From a virus: DNA of 64,000 nucleotides. The notes beneath the pieces were generated by a model. The model did no database searches and had not been told where the DNA came from. It saw only the letters and a program-made list of their open reading frames with translations. The stretch lies in IMG/VR virus record IMGVR_UViG_3300042888_000160, positions 1 through 64,000 of that record; one strand, given 5' to 3'. The position numbers and the translations under genes were made by a program. Of the stretch, positions 50,501 through 58,043 are shown piece by piece; the first letter of the stretch is position 1; the number at the start of each line of letters is the position of its first letter.

Positions 50501-51389
50501 CTGCTTGCTTCTTAGCTTGGAATGCTTCCATCCCACTCTCTCCTGTTGAACTTAGAAAAGCACCAGCTAACTGTGAACCTTGTGAAAACTTAGCACCTGC
50601 AGCAACTGTACCTGCTCCTTCAAGAACACCACCAAATTGTACAAGTGATCTTGAGCCAGCATTCTTCAAGCTGTTTAGCATTGCTGACATACTTCTACCT
50701 TCTGCAACAGCAGCGTTAGTTGCTTCAAGAGCTTGTAAACCTTTACCTGCAGCTACTAAACCTCTAGCTAATCCTAACCCTTCTAATGCAGCAGTCATAC
50801 CATAACCTGTAACAGCAGCACCAGCTGCATATCCTAAGTTAGATACAATCTTATCCCACAAAAAGTTACCTGAGAAAATAGCATTAGCAGACAATGGATC
50901 ATCAATCTCTGCTTGTGTATAAAGATGTGGATTACTGATACGTAACTTCTCATCAATGGCATCCATTGATTTAAAGAAATCATTATCATAGAAAGAGCTA
51001 AACTTTCTATCAATAGCCCAAGAACCAAGGCCATAAACTAAACCAGCTGTATTGCTAGCAATAGTAGTTGCTGTTTTACCAGCAAACTTAACAAGACCAT
51101 TGATGGCTTTATCTGTGGTAGACTGACCATATGCATAAAAATCTGGAGACTTATCAGGATCATAAGAATCGTATTGTCTATTCTCATATAGATCTTGAGA
51201 TGATACAATCTTAGTAAATCCAGAAGAGTCAGAATTTGGAGCAGGTAAAGGAATGATACTATTCTTCCTTTCTTCAGATATTTCGAATGCACGAGGAGTA
51301 GGAGACAAAGGTCTCATAGGTGCAATCTTAAGTGGCTCTAAAGAAGGTAATACATTTTCCCTTACAGGTTTTAAATCAGTTCCTGCCAT
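38541..51389 (-). CDS. Giant virion-packaged RNA polymerase (crAss-like) with zincin domain
   Basis: GSDFDIDK (41292-41306), YRIPTQ, ETDGAG, YHEVFH...EELAEEF (45489-45503), Gly/Ala-rich hydrophobic N-terminus. Confidence 0.9.
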   Translation of the reverse strand: MAGTDLKPVRENVLPSLEPLKIAPMRPLSPTPRAFEISEERKNSIIPLPAPNSDSSGFTKIVSSQDLYENRQYDSYDPDKSPDFYAYGQSTTDKAINGLVKFAGKTATTIASNTAGLVYGLGSWAIDRKFSSFYDNDFFKSMDAIDEKLRISNPHLYTQAEIDDPLSANAIFSGNFLWDKIVSNLGYAAGAAVTGYGMTAALEGLGLARGLVAAGKGLQALEATNAAVAEGRSMSAMLNSLKNAGSRSLVQFGGVLEGAGTVAAGAKFSQGSQLAGAFLSSTGESGMEAFQAKKQAVATGLDVFRQTYGREPNANEKAQIIDTADRISSATFGLNMALLTATNNIQLPKIFGSSFSGARTELNNVLFKGNKWASALPQGRLGKMLYGTYKGASLLFNPAEAFEEGMQYAIEKGTSNYFSRADYNKEDAWYSDLAGLLAPGGQGVLGKGIKETLTSNEGLESILIGGLSGAMMTSGIFTAGRTGEIAERGVFGYGGAEGKLRNETIAAWNKVPFVEKLKEMKEFMDRSAMTQIMRDQAIRVGDVLEEKDLESDYMLGYLLPRIKYAGKNAVMEEVKSVREQALTDEGFQQLIEGGYASEVDSIEEGRKKLLARLQNVENTANLVEKSYNQLNQKLGGEILKDENGKPILDSNKQPIRKYSSNLVNKLVYSTAKIADYTERSKALQDDLGNKGIVVSDILDAINNDATPEEVTAAIDKQADKIIGILEGDFVKEDLLTKLQDVSEIQLRKKAAIKEQNEMFSSPETFAEDVTNVAPEGDVKAKVSVKTKDGEENLEVGTEYYLGKVTEYDKNGKEVYRFPKLTILGENEDGTIKIQTSNGRVRDVSKDELSDYKLGKVSDTDKNPNASFYLRNINTVAYWNRGKAKGGKQAGRISYDSKADKLTFVYKTDKGKISTIDITQESFQAKEGFKEGIFSFGRELTAEDTADYNKAKKSGQLQKNLEATLANRGNVIEALYNEASENLAKTKELIASRTEQLEKTQAELKDAQEKANNPEYTKAKKFKAITKNAIKAVKRLSKIQDSLILEIQSLENELEQTELNLDYITELYDKLGEYSTSSNEFLAELQKERDEIEYLVEETKENISVLQSILKDIQGALDVAVEFVRDIIDKFAAKYPDLPFGQNELRDFLNKNIEDTNRQKDVTPTSEAEKLLPYTAVSGALLDDLANFDREIADLDEIEVIPREKQIDEINAEISKAVDKLFQLKKQLKAKDEVLNRFKQIADEYVKRKTRENKLRSDEKLIAQVLGTQGKDVENSNPADKVYQPDPKKSWLQVVLSTINPSKKTAGELKANQIRANEFAYRMSPERIKNLRAVVVTVNNQAKLGMPTLIQDGLVGTDIKPETVIAVVITDKKGRPVGVDGLPLENPSFENAIFQTMPTNETLPRLFRDGTPQTTIDALAKEYKAWRKEQFENTDINPIGFATSFGVPDYVQVLSEDGKSSERDYSATVPVVDSGLISDSDMNSKQTMYVHTTDTPAEKGTTRFEKAMGRVFLNLAKGYIKLNARKYSNKEANTIFEGIKFLSNNMFENGTIKDEQSKRVVSWLRSVAYWGKPREKGGFNSIWFERVTVPGTNVSELRLFMSGKDGNFSFDPDSLEANKDSIITLLENMYFNANARRLNDPKLITEPYEEIIGFKNGQIVTRDVSKDFPNSKVSGSWPNYQTFLLSGKGREASEVPFTTNIRPLKGDDDVNMVGHYFTLTGNKTQFETAVANQPVVTAAPQPAPGPLVITPAPAAPTQQLPQIATSSTSIVRDGVTMNTIDIKLPNGTLIGQASYTIDEANNLGLPENDQVTQDLAIAMNISLDQAERAIANKIFQTVKEAFTPQPAPTAPAPVAAPVVAQADAVAPTPVSKSSMKSAADIIAAMRQSGTNNAAMRQIISNQLKAFKPENWNDVEAWLKANFANVPVYRVKNVLRSTNGRQAWGMFSDGAIYIYADAELGTVYHEVFHAVWRMFADPKEVQDVINEFKGRSGSFTDRNTGKEVKYSEATPEQLEEELAEEFRDFVNDGKRPVKNQSGMSFIARLFDDLVSFIKEFFTGPKSNSNTETLFNKIGGGYFNQFTPFNSELAYSQKGLIDIEQVLIPDDAALRSIFSSGNINDAVQHMLYRTVTDLVNRNGNLDNAFNPKNKRELYQYLRDDLDRRILLSGLAAEDGLANGTLTQEQADSMYGKALAMHDELTTNNETWEHIIEQYEEKITAYNITFDENDALVLNDEDRSGKDLYDAANKIDLFKKANSEIKLLLASIPYPNPDKPGEFKFSSLNGATLIPVSEIRMALLNKISTATTIDQMMEEVRKMALADVRFAPIYRRITKNDDLTEENQGFPNIKTMADVELVNSFWRTFKTANPVVKNLFLLANGDVVIGDSNFSTAARDIRFDYINGIKSVVRSDNRFFELKTTTDADGRKTAAYYGKEGSPARLKIDTLEKRLALLKQLGIEFKQDKLEKLFESSPREQVAFNNAVANIRKGINSANKFMSVDGRTLDIDGDLLQLAQVQAKMDNPEFSSTYYNVNGERVQTYIGTNPMTDLMDALNNISNLSELADTKFSYLLTDSFSQNSYIVNEMFDRETGEKKEISENVFSIGYADGIVSVGAGKNTSSSRLKYSQRLLQEMNLNAKGFYLNLVPGDASMEHMVEMGLPINFTNTELALTSDAIKARANAIFRGYFIDEFNLAKEGRRIVQDKKETRKTSDLRFFKEILGKDLHDQIIASEKSAEDTYKDYQSKIEAAVDKYISDEAEITKVLLSRNGIINTVIEDGIPTDNFDMSSIDIPGSDDMTSFELDRAMLGFAANYMIANIELHKIMYSDPYQYKDELKRIKNFNSPRQPLMNGSAEMNAAMQRIWNEGFQPGDAGYTDFTRDYFTSISLDDVKSVQDLPGYNEEEDIFEETDGAGIINLKAYRNYRIREGNWDMTTDEVQYRHDIAYEELDKSGVSETELDEFEKKNPGIQSAYTPIKPSVAGNRFDEELTYNDVVLDKFALYPISYRLAKQINKGAATEKKSSNLLKMYEKMIKEDVDYAVYATGRKVGNYEGTTNALYSEGQFNEEPFHDIVNIPMSIISTQTDVPSKDTPLVTRGSQNTKLITLDFMDNGVPVDFLADKEFVERYKAWNNIKSEEARQEASPLYKEIKTNENLLNDIIDNGYNELLSALGIVEIDGGWEMKYPDKAAKTLQTEMLKREVNKNISDALKGFEKGQVILEATPAYQQIRNILYSIADSHVISPKISGGMKVQIPSRLLEENEVTVTKVGKKEAYTSNVLNFYEKDGKRVCEMMVGRWFNSSMTDRELLKYLNTTPEGQEILSGLAYRIPTQKQNSIDSFVIKQFLPKEFGDSVVVPAALVKKAGSDFDIDKLNMYFKSVFTNLDGKPEMFRLKGSEKATKEYYAKVFDQLSASEDFFIRKQLEKLALSEDEDYDTDYESSTRDIEDKLMFKQENLFAKKDKFIDKAYKSALQNAYIQSSQNLASSKENFDQLVKPNSAKQLKDLSKEILKLRGLPESDNATTGAMLSRAFMSKLRHDFVVGKYAIGIAAVAQTNHSLNQRGTMYLDLEMLKNVPVDDRPWLGDGEVKFKNVNRVQVGDKMVVSLSGIKNKVGEYISDILGQFIDGYVDIAKGAWIMDLGATPDVAGTYMFLAKIGVPIDTVVYFMNQPLIRSYLNSLQVNNKTWLFNSRILNDILPDFDKDAVLSMKEIPSNTKLKEYIKGGNDYFNSSDGRNMQVFMLLEFLKYAKMANHLYKVTQGTNFDTAAFSDPYMIFKKDEQLKNARQTIISSPDKLLKNSFLGTLSKRLNDLRNAMAEILISDRSKIRGVLQKVLLPYVDTNDRDFMKISQKAVNDIFDWAVQTNTNGTKQAWNETIQRILIDNGYNFPRFFMMFKNDVLANPKHPLYNNEIIKMMVADDSSGRDNAVKNLKLKNKDNKVYDQNQVIFAFEELRDYLYGVPKVYGVSGKTFYKNLVGVSVLQSGLSQSGISFTSLLPYNDFTAVYSEVLSTIDNMDGIEAFYDEAVLNRNNWNDSRFTPNLKAQLIFSKKKKKYFYNMPMWFIGNNKDIQTAIDNNEIPQMLNVSLGSEGSNRDVIVYSWEEKMHKNWKRDKAIKKEMRKNGDYSYIKKGLFRKVYEDGEPVMYDSYNGRYSYVYKMINAWGQASNANEFYTTGRKSVIDNGFVPVDEKTDKQIMTIINPVIGDRRASVNDMSNSLSLLDIADDDQITSNDAIEAGIANDPRVMELDRKIEEATDLISAGKATPQTFAQIRKYHQERGKLVKELKYNNC

Positions 51390-51396
51390 AATAGTT

Positions 51397-54039
51397 TTAT
51401 CTTGCTAAAAATTTATCTACCCCTGGATACAAATTCCTTAATAATGGAAGTAATGTTGCATCACTTTGTACTTCTAACCATCTTGGAAAATTATCAATAC
51501 TAGTAATACCTTGTCTTCCTGGCCATACAATAGGAATTGTTTCGCCTCGTTTATTCTTTAGATTGAAAGTTACAGTACCATTTCCATTACCTTGATCTCT
51601 TAAGTTTGCATAGATGTCTAATGAAACACTCTTCTGACCACTGTCATAGTTTCCAAAATCATTTGGTGCATACTGTGAAAGTTCAACATTTTTAGTAGGG
51701 TTAGTAACTCCACCAAAACTAAACATTTGCATTTGTGTACTAGCAGCTTTATTTAACCACTGCTCTCCTAAGTTCTTTTTAATCCAATCTCTACTAACTG
51801 GAATGTTTTGGAAATTTCCAGAGTCATCTTGAACTTGAATCTTATACGCATCACCTGCACGTTCAACACCAAATCCTAATATTGCATCAGAACCTTTCTT
51901 ACTTAGTACTTCTAACAAGTTTTCTGCATCATAATCTTTACCACCACCTTCTTGTCTTAAATCATTAGATACAACGTTTCTAAGTTTATCAATAAAGTTT
52001 TGTTTAGTATTTCCTTCTTTACCACTGAATGTAATTCCAGCACCTTCAGTTTTAAATGGTCCTGCATAAGGTGCAAGTATTTCTACCTTTCTTTCTGCAA
52101 TTTTACTAGAAATGTCATTGTACTTTGATCTACTAGGATTAAGTGTTGTACTTAAATACGCATTAGCAACCTGATCTTTTACTCTTCCACCACCTGCAGA
52201 TACGTATCTACCTTGATTCTTAAGATAGTTATATAACTCTAGTTCTCTAGCATTCATTCTACCTGATGCACTGATTGTAATTGCTGGCTGTCCTCCACCT
52301 CCTGGTGTAGCAAGAGGAACACTTGTAGTTTTCTCAAATTTATTTTGGTAATTTAGTACTTCTTCTGCTGTAAATGTTTGTCTACCTTTTGTACCAGGAA
52401 TAGTTAATCTAGGCAACTTAGTAAGATCATCACGCATCATTCCATAAATACCTTTTCCTCCAGTAACATAATCTGTAGCTTTTTTAGTAGCCTCATTAAA
52501 AATTATATCTTTCTTACCAATGTATCTTTCATTAGATAAGTAGTTATCCATAATTTGCTTAATGCTATTATCATCTGGTTTGTTTCCAACAGGATCTTTT
52601 TTATATGCAGCAATCTTAGCATCAAGTTCAGCATCTGTAAGATCACTAAACATTCCACCCATCTTATCTTTGAGTTGAGTTCTTAATCCAACATTAGCAG
52701 TTCTGTATTTTTGTGTATCATTTACCCAGTTTACAACAGCTCTTCTATCTTGTTCTGTCTCATTACCTACACCTGTAAACTCAGGACCTTGTCCACCACT
52801 AGGATTCATCTTTTGATTATACTCACCTTCTTTTCTTATATCTTCTTTAATCTCTCTTTGCTCTTTACCTCTAGCTATTCTTCTAGCCTCTGCTTTATCA
52901 AATTGACTGTTTGCTTCAACTACACGTTTAAACTCTTGCTCAGCTCTCCAGTTCTCTTGTGATTGCAAAGGACTAGTCATTATCTCATTCTTGATCTTAG
53001 CGTATGCAAAAGCATTTGAATACTCATCGATAGTGTTACGTAAGAATATTTGAGACTTTACTTGATCTAACTTATCTGGATCAGCCAGCTCAGCAAGCGA
53101 TTGTTGTTGTTGAATACGAAGTGCACTAGGAATATCCATGTATGGATCACCTATCTCTCTTTCATATTGAGCAATTAGTTTTTTAGTTTCTAATATTTTA
53201 TCTGGATCAGTAAGTCCTGGGAGTTGTGTCTTCAATTGCTTAAGACGTGCAGAACCAATCTCAAAATTTTTATTAGTACCTTCTGTAATTAATTTAGCAA
53301 TATCCTTTTCACCATATTGTCTATAGTTATAGATGCCATCCTCACGCATTGCCTCAAGATCATCAGCATTTAGTACAGCATTGATGGCTGTACGAATCTT
53401 ACCTTCACTTAACGTTTCATTTGAATAACGTTGCATCACTTCAGAAATATTAACCTTACCTGTTGCAGGATCAGTAAAATATGCAATATCTTCTTGCGTT
53501 AAATTTGGCTCAAGAGTCTTAATAACCTCAAGTATCTTTTTATCATACTCACTAGTTCTAGGTCTGTATTGTCCAGTAAATCGTTGACCAACTTCTTTGT
53601 TAGACATATACTTATCTAGCTCTTTGTTATAGATGTATTCACCAGCTTTATTCAACTTACCATTCTTTAAATCTGCATCAATACGCTGTTGTTGTTTCTT
53701 AGCATTAGCTGTAGAGAATACAGCATTCTGAATATTGTCATCTTTAATAATCTGACCTGCCATGCCACCAACAGCTGATACTAATTGTTGATTAGAGAAG
53801 TCTCCACCAGCAACTGATGTTAACTTAGACCCTAGTTGATTAAGTTTTGATTGTAAGTATTCTTTATCTGCACCATTAAGTATTTCCATTCCTGCTACAT
53901 TATCAATGTAGCTTTGAATCTTTTGCACACCCTGATCATACTGGGCTTGCTTTTGCATGCCCACTTTCACCATCGCATCAACAGGGAGTTGAGAGACGTA
54001 AGGGTTAAATTGCGTTATGCTATCTGTAAATGAAGCCAT
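51397..54039 (-). CDS. Putative ejected virion cargo protein
   Basis: Helical N-terminus (FNPYVSQLP...KQAQYD); position directly upstream of RNAP. Confidence 0.65.
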   Translation of the reverse strand: MASFTDSITQFNPYVSQLPVDAMVKVGMQKQAQYDQGVQKIQSYIDNVAGMEILNGADKEYLQSKLNQLGSKLTSVAGGDFSNQQLVSAVGGMAGQIIKDDNIQNAVFSTANAKKQQQRIDADLKNGKLNKAGEYIYNKELDKYMSNKEVGQRFTGQYRPRTSEYDKKILEVIKTLEPNLTQEDIAYFTDPATGKVNISEVMQRYSNETLSEGKIRTAINAVLNADDLEAMREDGIYNYRQYGEKDIAKLITEGTNKNFEIGSARLKQLKTQLPGLTDPDKILETKKLIAQYEREIGDPYMDIPSALRIQQQQSLAELADPDKLDQVKSQIFLRNTIDEYSNAFAYAKIKNEIMTSPLQSQENWRAEQEFKRVVEANSQFDKAEARRIARGKEQREIKEDIRKEGEYNQKMNPSGGQGPEFTGVGNETEQDRRAVVNWVNDTQKYRTANVGLRTQLKDKMGGMFSDLTDAELDAKIAAYKKDPVGNKPDDNSIKQIMDNYLSNERYIGKKDIIFNEATKKATDYVTGGKGIYGMMRDDLTKLPRLTIPGTKGRQTFTAEEVLNYQNKFEKTTSVPLATPGGGGQPAITISASGRMNARELELYNYLKNQGRYVSAGGGRVKDQVANAYLSTTLNPSRSKYNDISSKIAERKVEILAPYAGPFKTEGAGITFSGKEGNTKQNFIDKLRNVVSNDLRQEGGGKDYDAENLLEVLSKKGSDAILGFGVERAGDAYKIQVQDDSGNFQNIPVSRDWIKKNLGEQWLNKAASTQMQMFSFGGVTNPTKNVELSQYAPNDFGNYDSGQKSVSLDIYANLRDQGNGNGTVTFNLKNKRGETIPIVWPGRQGITSIDNFPRWLEVQSDATLLPLLRNLYPGVDKFLAR

Positions 54040-54055
54040 GAGTGAGTATAATTAA

Positions 54056-54063
54056 CAAATATA
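54056..54063 (-). promoter_or_regulatory. -7 promoter element TATATTTG
   Basis: TAnnTTTG 16 nt upstream of start 54039. Confidence 0.6.
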
Positions 54064-54127
54064 ATTTAAAATATTATATATACAACGACTACTAACAAAA
54101 GTTAGTAATCTTGTATAATTAATCTAA

Positions 54128-57100
54128 TTAGAGATTCTTGATAGCTTTAACAATTGCACCATTTCTTTTAGTAGCTTTTGTTTCTTTTGGTAACTTATAT
54201 CCAACTAATTTTGGTTTGCCAGTAGTTTCATCTGTATCATAATCTGGTAACATACCATTAGGCATTGCACCTAATCCACTAGTTGTTGCATTTACACCAC
54301 CATCATAATTAAAGAATTGTGGATTATTAAGATTGTAAGCCTGACCATCTCTATTAAAACGATAGTTATATAAGTTCTCCATAACTCCAAGTTGTCTGTT
54401 CTCAAGCTTATTCTTAGCAGTCTTATCTGCAATAGACTTCATTGCTTCTATGGCTTGTTGCTTAGTCTTACTCACACCTTCAGATTGACGAACATATTGA
54501 GTGTCATAAATTGCTAAGTTCTTTAATTGTGCATCATTAAGAACACTACGATTTTGTTCAGCTACACGTTGTTGCTCAGCTTGGTTCATTCTAAACTGTT
54601 CTCCTAAGATTTTATTTCTAGCATTGTATGCACCTGCAGCAATCATTGATGCAGCTTCAGGATTGTATGCAGACATTCTCTCAGCAGCACGAGTTTGTGC
54701 TGTCACCTCATTCAATTGATCTTGAAGACTGAATGATGTTGGTGAAGCTAACAATGGTTGGAATGTTTGAGCTTGTACAGGTTCTAATTGATTTGTTGCC
54801 AATGCCATCATCTCTGGTGCTAATTGTGCAGCATCTAAATTTTCAACATCACTAGGACGAAATTGACCCAAAGCTGAGCTTGCTCCAATTGCACCTAACT
54901 TTAATAAATCTTTATCAAAATTAAAATTAAATCTTTTTTTACGTTGCTCATCTACTGTAAGATCTTCTTCAAGATCTAAAGATGGCATTGTAATATCAGG
55001 ACGTTGGAAGTTAACATCAATAGGTCTAAGTCCTGGAGTTGCAAGACTAGTAATGTTTTCATAATAAGGTTTCTTTCTTATGTTAGGATTTTCAATAATA
55101 ATATCATCAGATTGAATACTACCTTCTCTAGGACTAATACTTTCATTAGACTCTTGAGGAACTGTTACAGATTCTTGTGCAACAGGAGCTGGTTGAGCAA
55201 CAGTAGTAGAACTATCAAGAGGAGTATAAACAAATTCTGTTGGATATGGAACATCTCCTTCTTTCATCCTTTGTTCTGCAGTAAACTGACGATTAAGTTC
55301 ATTAAGAGCTTTATTATAACCTACAGGATCATTCTTTTTAAATTCTGCTTCTTTTTGTTTTTTATCTGCAAGACTAAGACGTCTTCCAAACATTCTAGAA
55401 TATTCATAATCTTCTAATGGTCCAGATCCTGCTACAAAAGGTTTAGCTGCATACTTTGCTAATCCTACATAGTCATCAAAGAACTCTTTACGTGTATCGC
55501 TATTAATATCAGAAGGATTATTTGCAATTATACTATCGTAATATCTATCTTGCTCAGCATCTAATTTAGCCAGAAATGTATCAGGATCTTCGTTATAAGC
55601 TTTAAGAATATCAGCTTTACTCTTTTGCCAATCTTTATTACCTGTAATATCTTTATCTTTACGTTGGTTTTTAGTAGCAGCTCTATCTTTAACACTCATC
55701 TTACCAGCAGCCACCATAAGTTCTCCATAAGGATCACCTGTGTTAATAGCCATTTGTAAAGCACGAGTTCTTAATCCTGCTGGAAGATCCTTCACTTTAG
55801 ACCAGTAGTTCTTGTAATAAAATTCTTTTGCTTGCTCAGGAGTTTTTATTTTAGGATCATTTGTTCCATAGTTAGAACCACCTCCACGATAGTTACCTGC
55901 TTCATAACTATTAGCTTGTTCTAATTGTATAGCTTGATCAATAAAGTTGTTAAACTCAGTCTCATATTTCTTACCTTGTTTTCCACCTTTGTCAAACATT
56001 ATCTTTTTACCAAACTCAGCATACATATTGTTATCTTTATCCATCTTGATTTTACCTTTGGCAAGTTCATCGCTCTTAACACCATACTCTTCTGCTGTAT
56101 CAAGAATTGCATTCTGTACAGCAGCTGTGTCTAGCTTTCTCTCAGCGATTGTTCTAAGTTTCAAATCACCACCCATCATCATAGCTTTACCAGAGTTAAA
56201 TGCTAATTGATCAAACTCATTACCAGTGTCATAATCGTTAACTAGTTGAACACCTTTCTCTATTGATTTATTTACTTTAGCTTCTTGCTTAGATAAACTA
56301 GCAATGTAGTGTTTGAATTTCTTACCTTTAGCTTTAGGATCATTTATTTCGTTAACTCCATATTCAGGAATCATCATGTTTCCATAAACAACAAGATTCT
56401 CTTGCTTACCACCATCTTCCATCTTGATCGCAGGTTCTCCACCTTCAACCTCTACACCATTGTTTCCAAATGATACAGGCATGCCACCATTGTCATGAGA
56501 AGGGCCTCTAAACATAATAGTCTCACCACTACCTGGAAGATATGGATTGTATGACATTGTTTCTGCTTCTCCACGATGTACTTGTAGATCTCCACCCATT
56601 GCCATCTGTGTACCATACTCAGCTCTACCTGTATACATAGCAGCTGCACTAGGAGGTGTATATTCTTTTAAATGTCCCCCTGCACGATACTGTGGCATAC
56701 CATCTTGAGCAAATGCGCGCACTTGAGATACATCAGCATCGCCAAACTTTGCAATGACTTGTGGCTGCCAATCATGACTCACCCATCCACCATGTTCCAT
56801 GAATGCTTTATTCTGAGTTTGTAGATTTTGTGTTCCTGATTGGAATGCAGAAGCTTGTAAGTTTTGATCAAGTTTATCTTGAGCAGCTTGTGTTTGTTTT
56901 TGTCCTTTTGAATCAAATAAACCACCAGCAAGTCCACCTAATGTAGAACCAATAAAACTACCTACTCCTGGAATAGGAATAGCCATACCAAGAATACCAC
57001 CAACAGCAGAACCAATTGTAGAACCAGGTCCACCTTTACCACTACCTCCTCCTATCTTAGAACCTAACATTCCACCAAGACTTCCTCCTTGTCCTGAGAA

Positions 57101-58042
57101 AGAATCTAATGTAATTCCACCTACTGCTTTATTTAGCTTACCACCTTTCTTAAAGTTCTTAAGTTTATTAGCATCATTCAATGGTTCAAATCCAAGATCA
57201 GTATACATTGTATCTGGATTGTTATACATGTTCTGAATCTCTGTAGGGTTACCTCCTATCATTGTTCCATTAGCTGCAGCAAGATAGTTAGTACCTGTAC
57301 CAAGAGGTCTAAAGTTTTCCATCACCTGATCCTCTGGACGAACGTAACGTCTCTTAGGTTGCTCAGCTCTTGATGAGGCTGCTTGTAATGTAAGATCACT
57401 AACCTTACCATACATTTGTTGTTTCTTAAGATCTTTTTTATTTTGTGATATATCTTGAATAGCACCAATAATACTTCCTGCTTGTGAAGCAAGTGCGCCA
57501 GGCATTTGTTTAAATGCGCCTGCGTAATCAAAACTTCTATCTGTAGATGCTGGAATATCCTCCATCTTACTTAATCCAAACCCTTTAGTTTTTGCTAAGT
57601 TAACTGCATTAACTTTAGGCATAGCTGGAGGTTTGATAAGTCCTTCAAAACCATTAGCAGCCTTCTTCAACATCTTACCATTTCTTGCACCACCACCTAC
57701 TAGTTGTGCAATCATAGCAGGATCAATACTACCAAGAATATCAGCAAGACCACCACCTTGTTGTCCTGATGCATTAGCAATAGCTTGCTGAGAAGCTAGT
57801 GCTTCTTGTCTTTGTTGTTCTTCTGGACTAATACCATATACAGAAGCTTGAGCATTTGATGCTAGGTTATCATAAGATATGGGTTTAGTCATAGGTGTTT
57901 GTTCTCCACCAATCATTGTACCCACTTGAGCTTTCTTCAAAGCTTTGCCATGCTTCTTCATGAAAGCCTCCTCTGTTGGAAACTTCTTGTAGAACTCTTT
58001 CTCGTTCTTAACGCCAGCAATTTTTAAAATTTGAGCTTTCAT
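54128..58042 (-). CDS. Virion cargo protein with internal GH108-like lysozyme domain and many xxxG(G) motifs
   Basis: GPSHDNGG...VEVEGGE; GGSNYG...TPEQAKEFYYKNYW...LP...AINTG; Gly-rich hydrophobic segment. Confidence 0.7.
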   Translation of the reverse strand: MKAQILKIAGVKNEKEFYKKFPTEEAFMKKHGKALKKAQVGTMIGGEQTPMTKPISYDNLASNAQASVYGISPEEQQRQEALASQQAIANASGQQGGGLADILGSIDPAMIAQLVGGGARNGKMLKKAANGFEGLIKPPAMPKVNAVNLAKTKGFGLSKMEDIPASTDRSFDYAGAFKQMPGALASQAGSIIGAIQDISQNKKDLKKQQMYGKVSDLTLQAASSRAEQPKRRYVRPEDQVMENFRPLGTGTNYLAAANGTMIGGNPTEIQNMYNNPDTMYTDLGFEPLNDANKLKNFKKGGKLNKAVGGITLDSFSGQGGSLGGMLGSKIGGGSGKGGPGSTIGSAVGGILGMAIPIPGVGSFIGSTLGGLAGGLFDSKGQKQTQAAQDKLDQNLQASAFQSGTQNLQTQNKAFMEHGGWVSHDWQPQVIAKFGDADVSQVRAFAQDGMPQYRAGGHLKEYTPPSAAAMYTGRAEYGTQMAMGGDLQVHRGEAETMSYNPYLPGSGETIMFRGPSHDNGGMPVSFGNNGVEVEGGEPAIKMEDGGKQENLVVYGNMMIPEYGVNEINDPKAKGKKFKHYIASLSKQEAKVNKSIEKGVQLVNDYDTGNEFDQLAFNSGKAMMMGGDLKLRTIAERKLDTAAVQNAILDTAEEYGVKSDELAKGKIKMDKDNNMYAEFGKKIMFDKGGKQGKKYETEFNNFIDQAIQLEQANSYEAGNYRGGGSNYGTNDPKIKTPEQAKEFYYKNYWSKVKDLPAGLRTRALQMAINTGDPYGELMVAAGKMSVKDRAATKNQRKDKDITGNKDWQKSKADILKAYNEDPDTFLAKLDAEQDRYYDSIIANNPSDINSDTRKEFFDDYVGLAKYAAKPFVAGSGPLEDYEYSRMFGRRLSLADKKQKEAEFKKNDPVGYNKALNELNRQFTAEQRMKEGDVPYPTEFVYTPLDSSTTVAQPAPVAQESVTVPQESNESISPREGSIQSDDIIIENPNIRKKPYYENITSLATPGLRPIDVNFQRPDITMPSLDLEEDLTVDEQRKKRFNFNFDKDLLKLGAIGASSALGQFRPSDVENLDAAQLAPEMMALATNQLEPVQAQTFQPLLASPTSFSLQDQLNEVTAQTRAAERMSAYNPEAASMIAAGAYNARNKILGEQFRMNQAEQQRVAEQNRSVLNDAQLKNLAIYDTQYVRQSEGVSKTKQQAIEAMKSIADKTAKNKLENRQLGVMENLYNYRFNRDGQAYNLNNPQFFNYDGGVNATTSGLGAMPNGMLPDYDTDETTGKPKLVGYKLPKETKATKRNGAIVKAIKNL

Positions 58043-58043
58043 A

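Noticed and set aside
39096-51292. Short ORFs nested in the RNA polymerase gene
   Set aside because: Expected by chance in 12.8 kb; no recognisable motifs.
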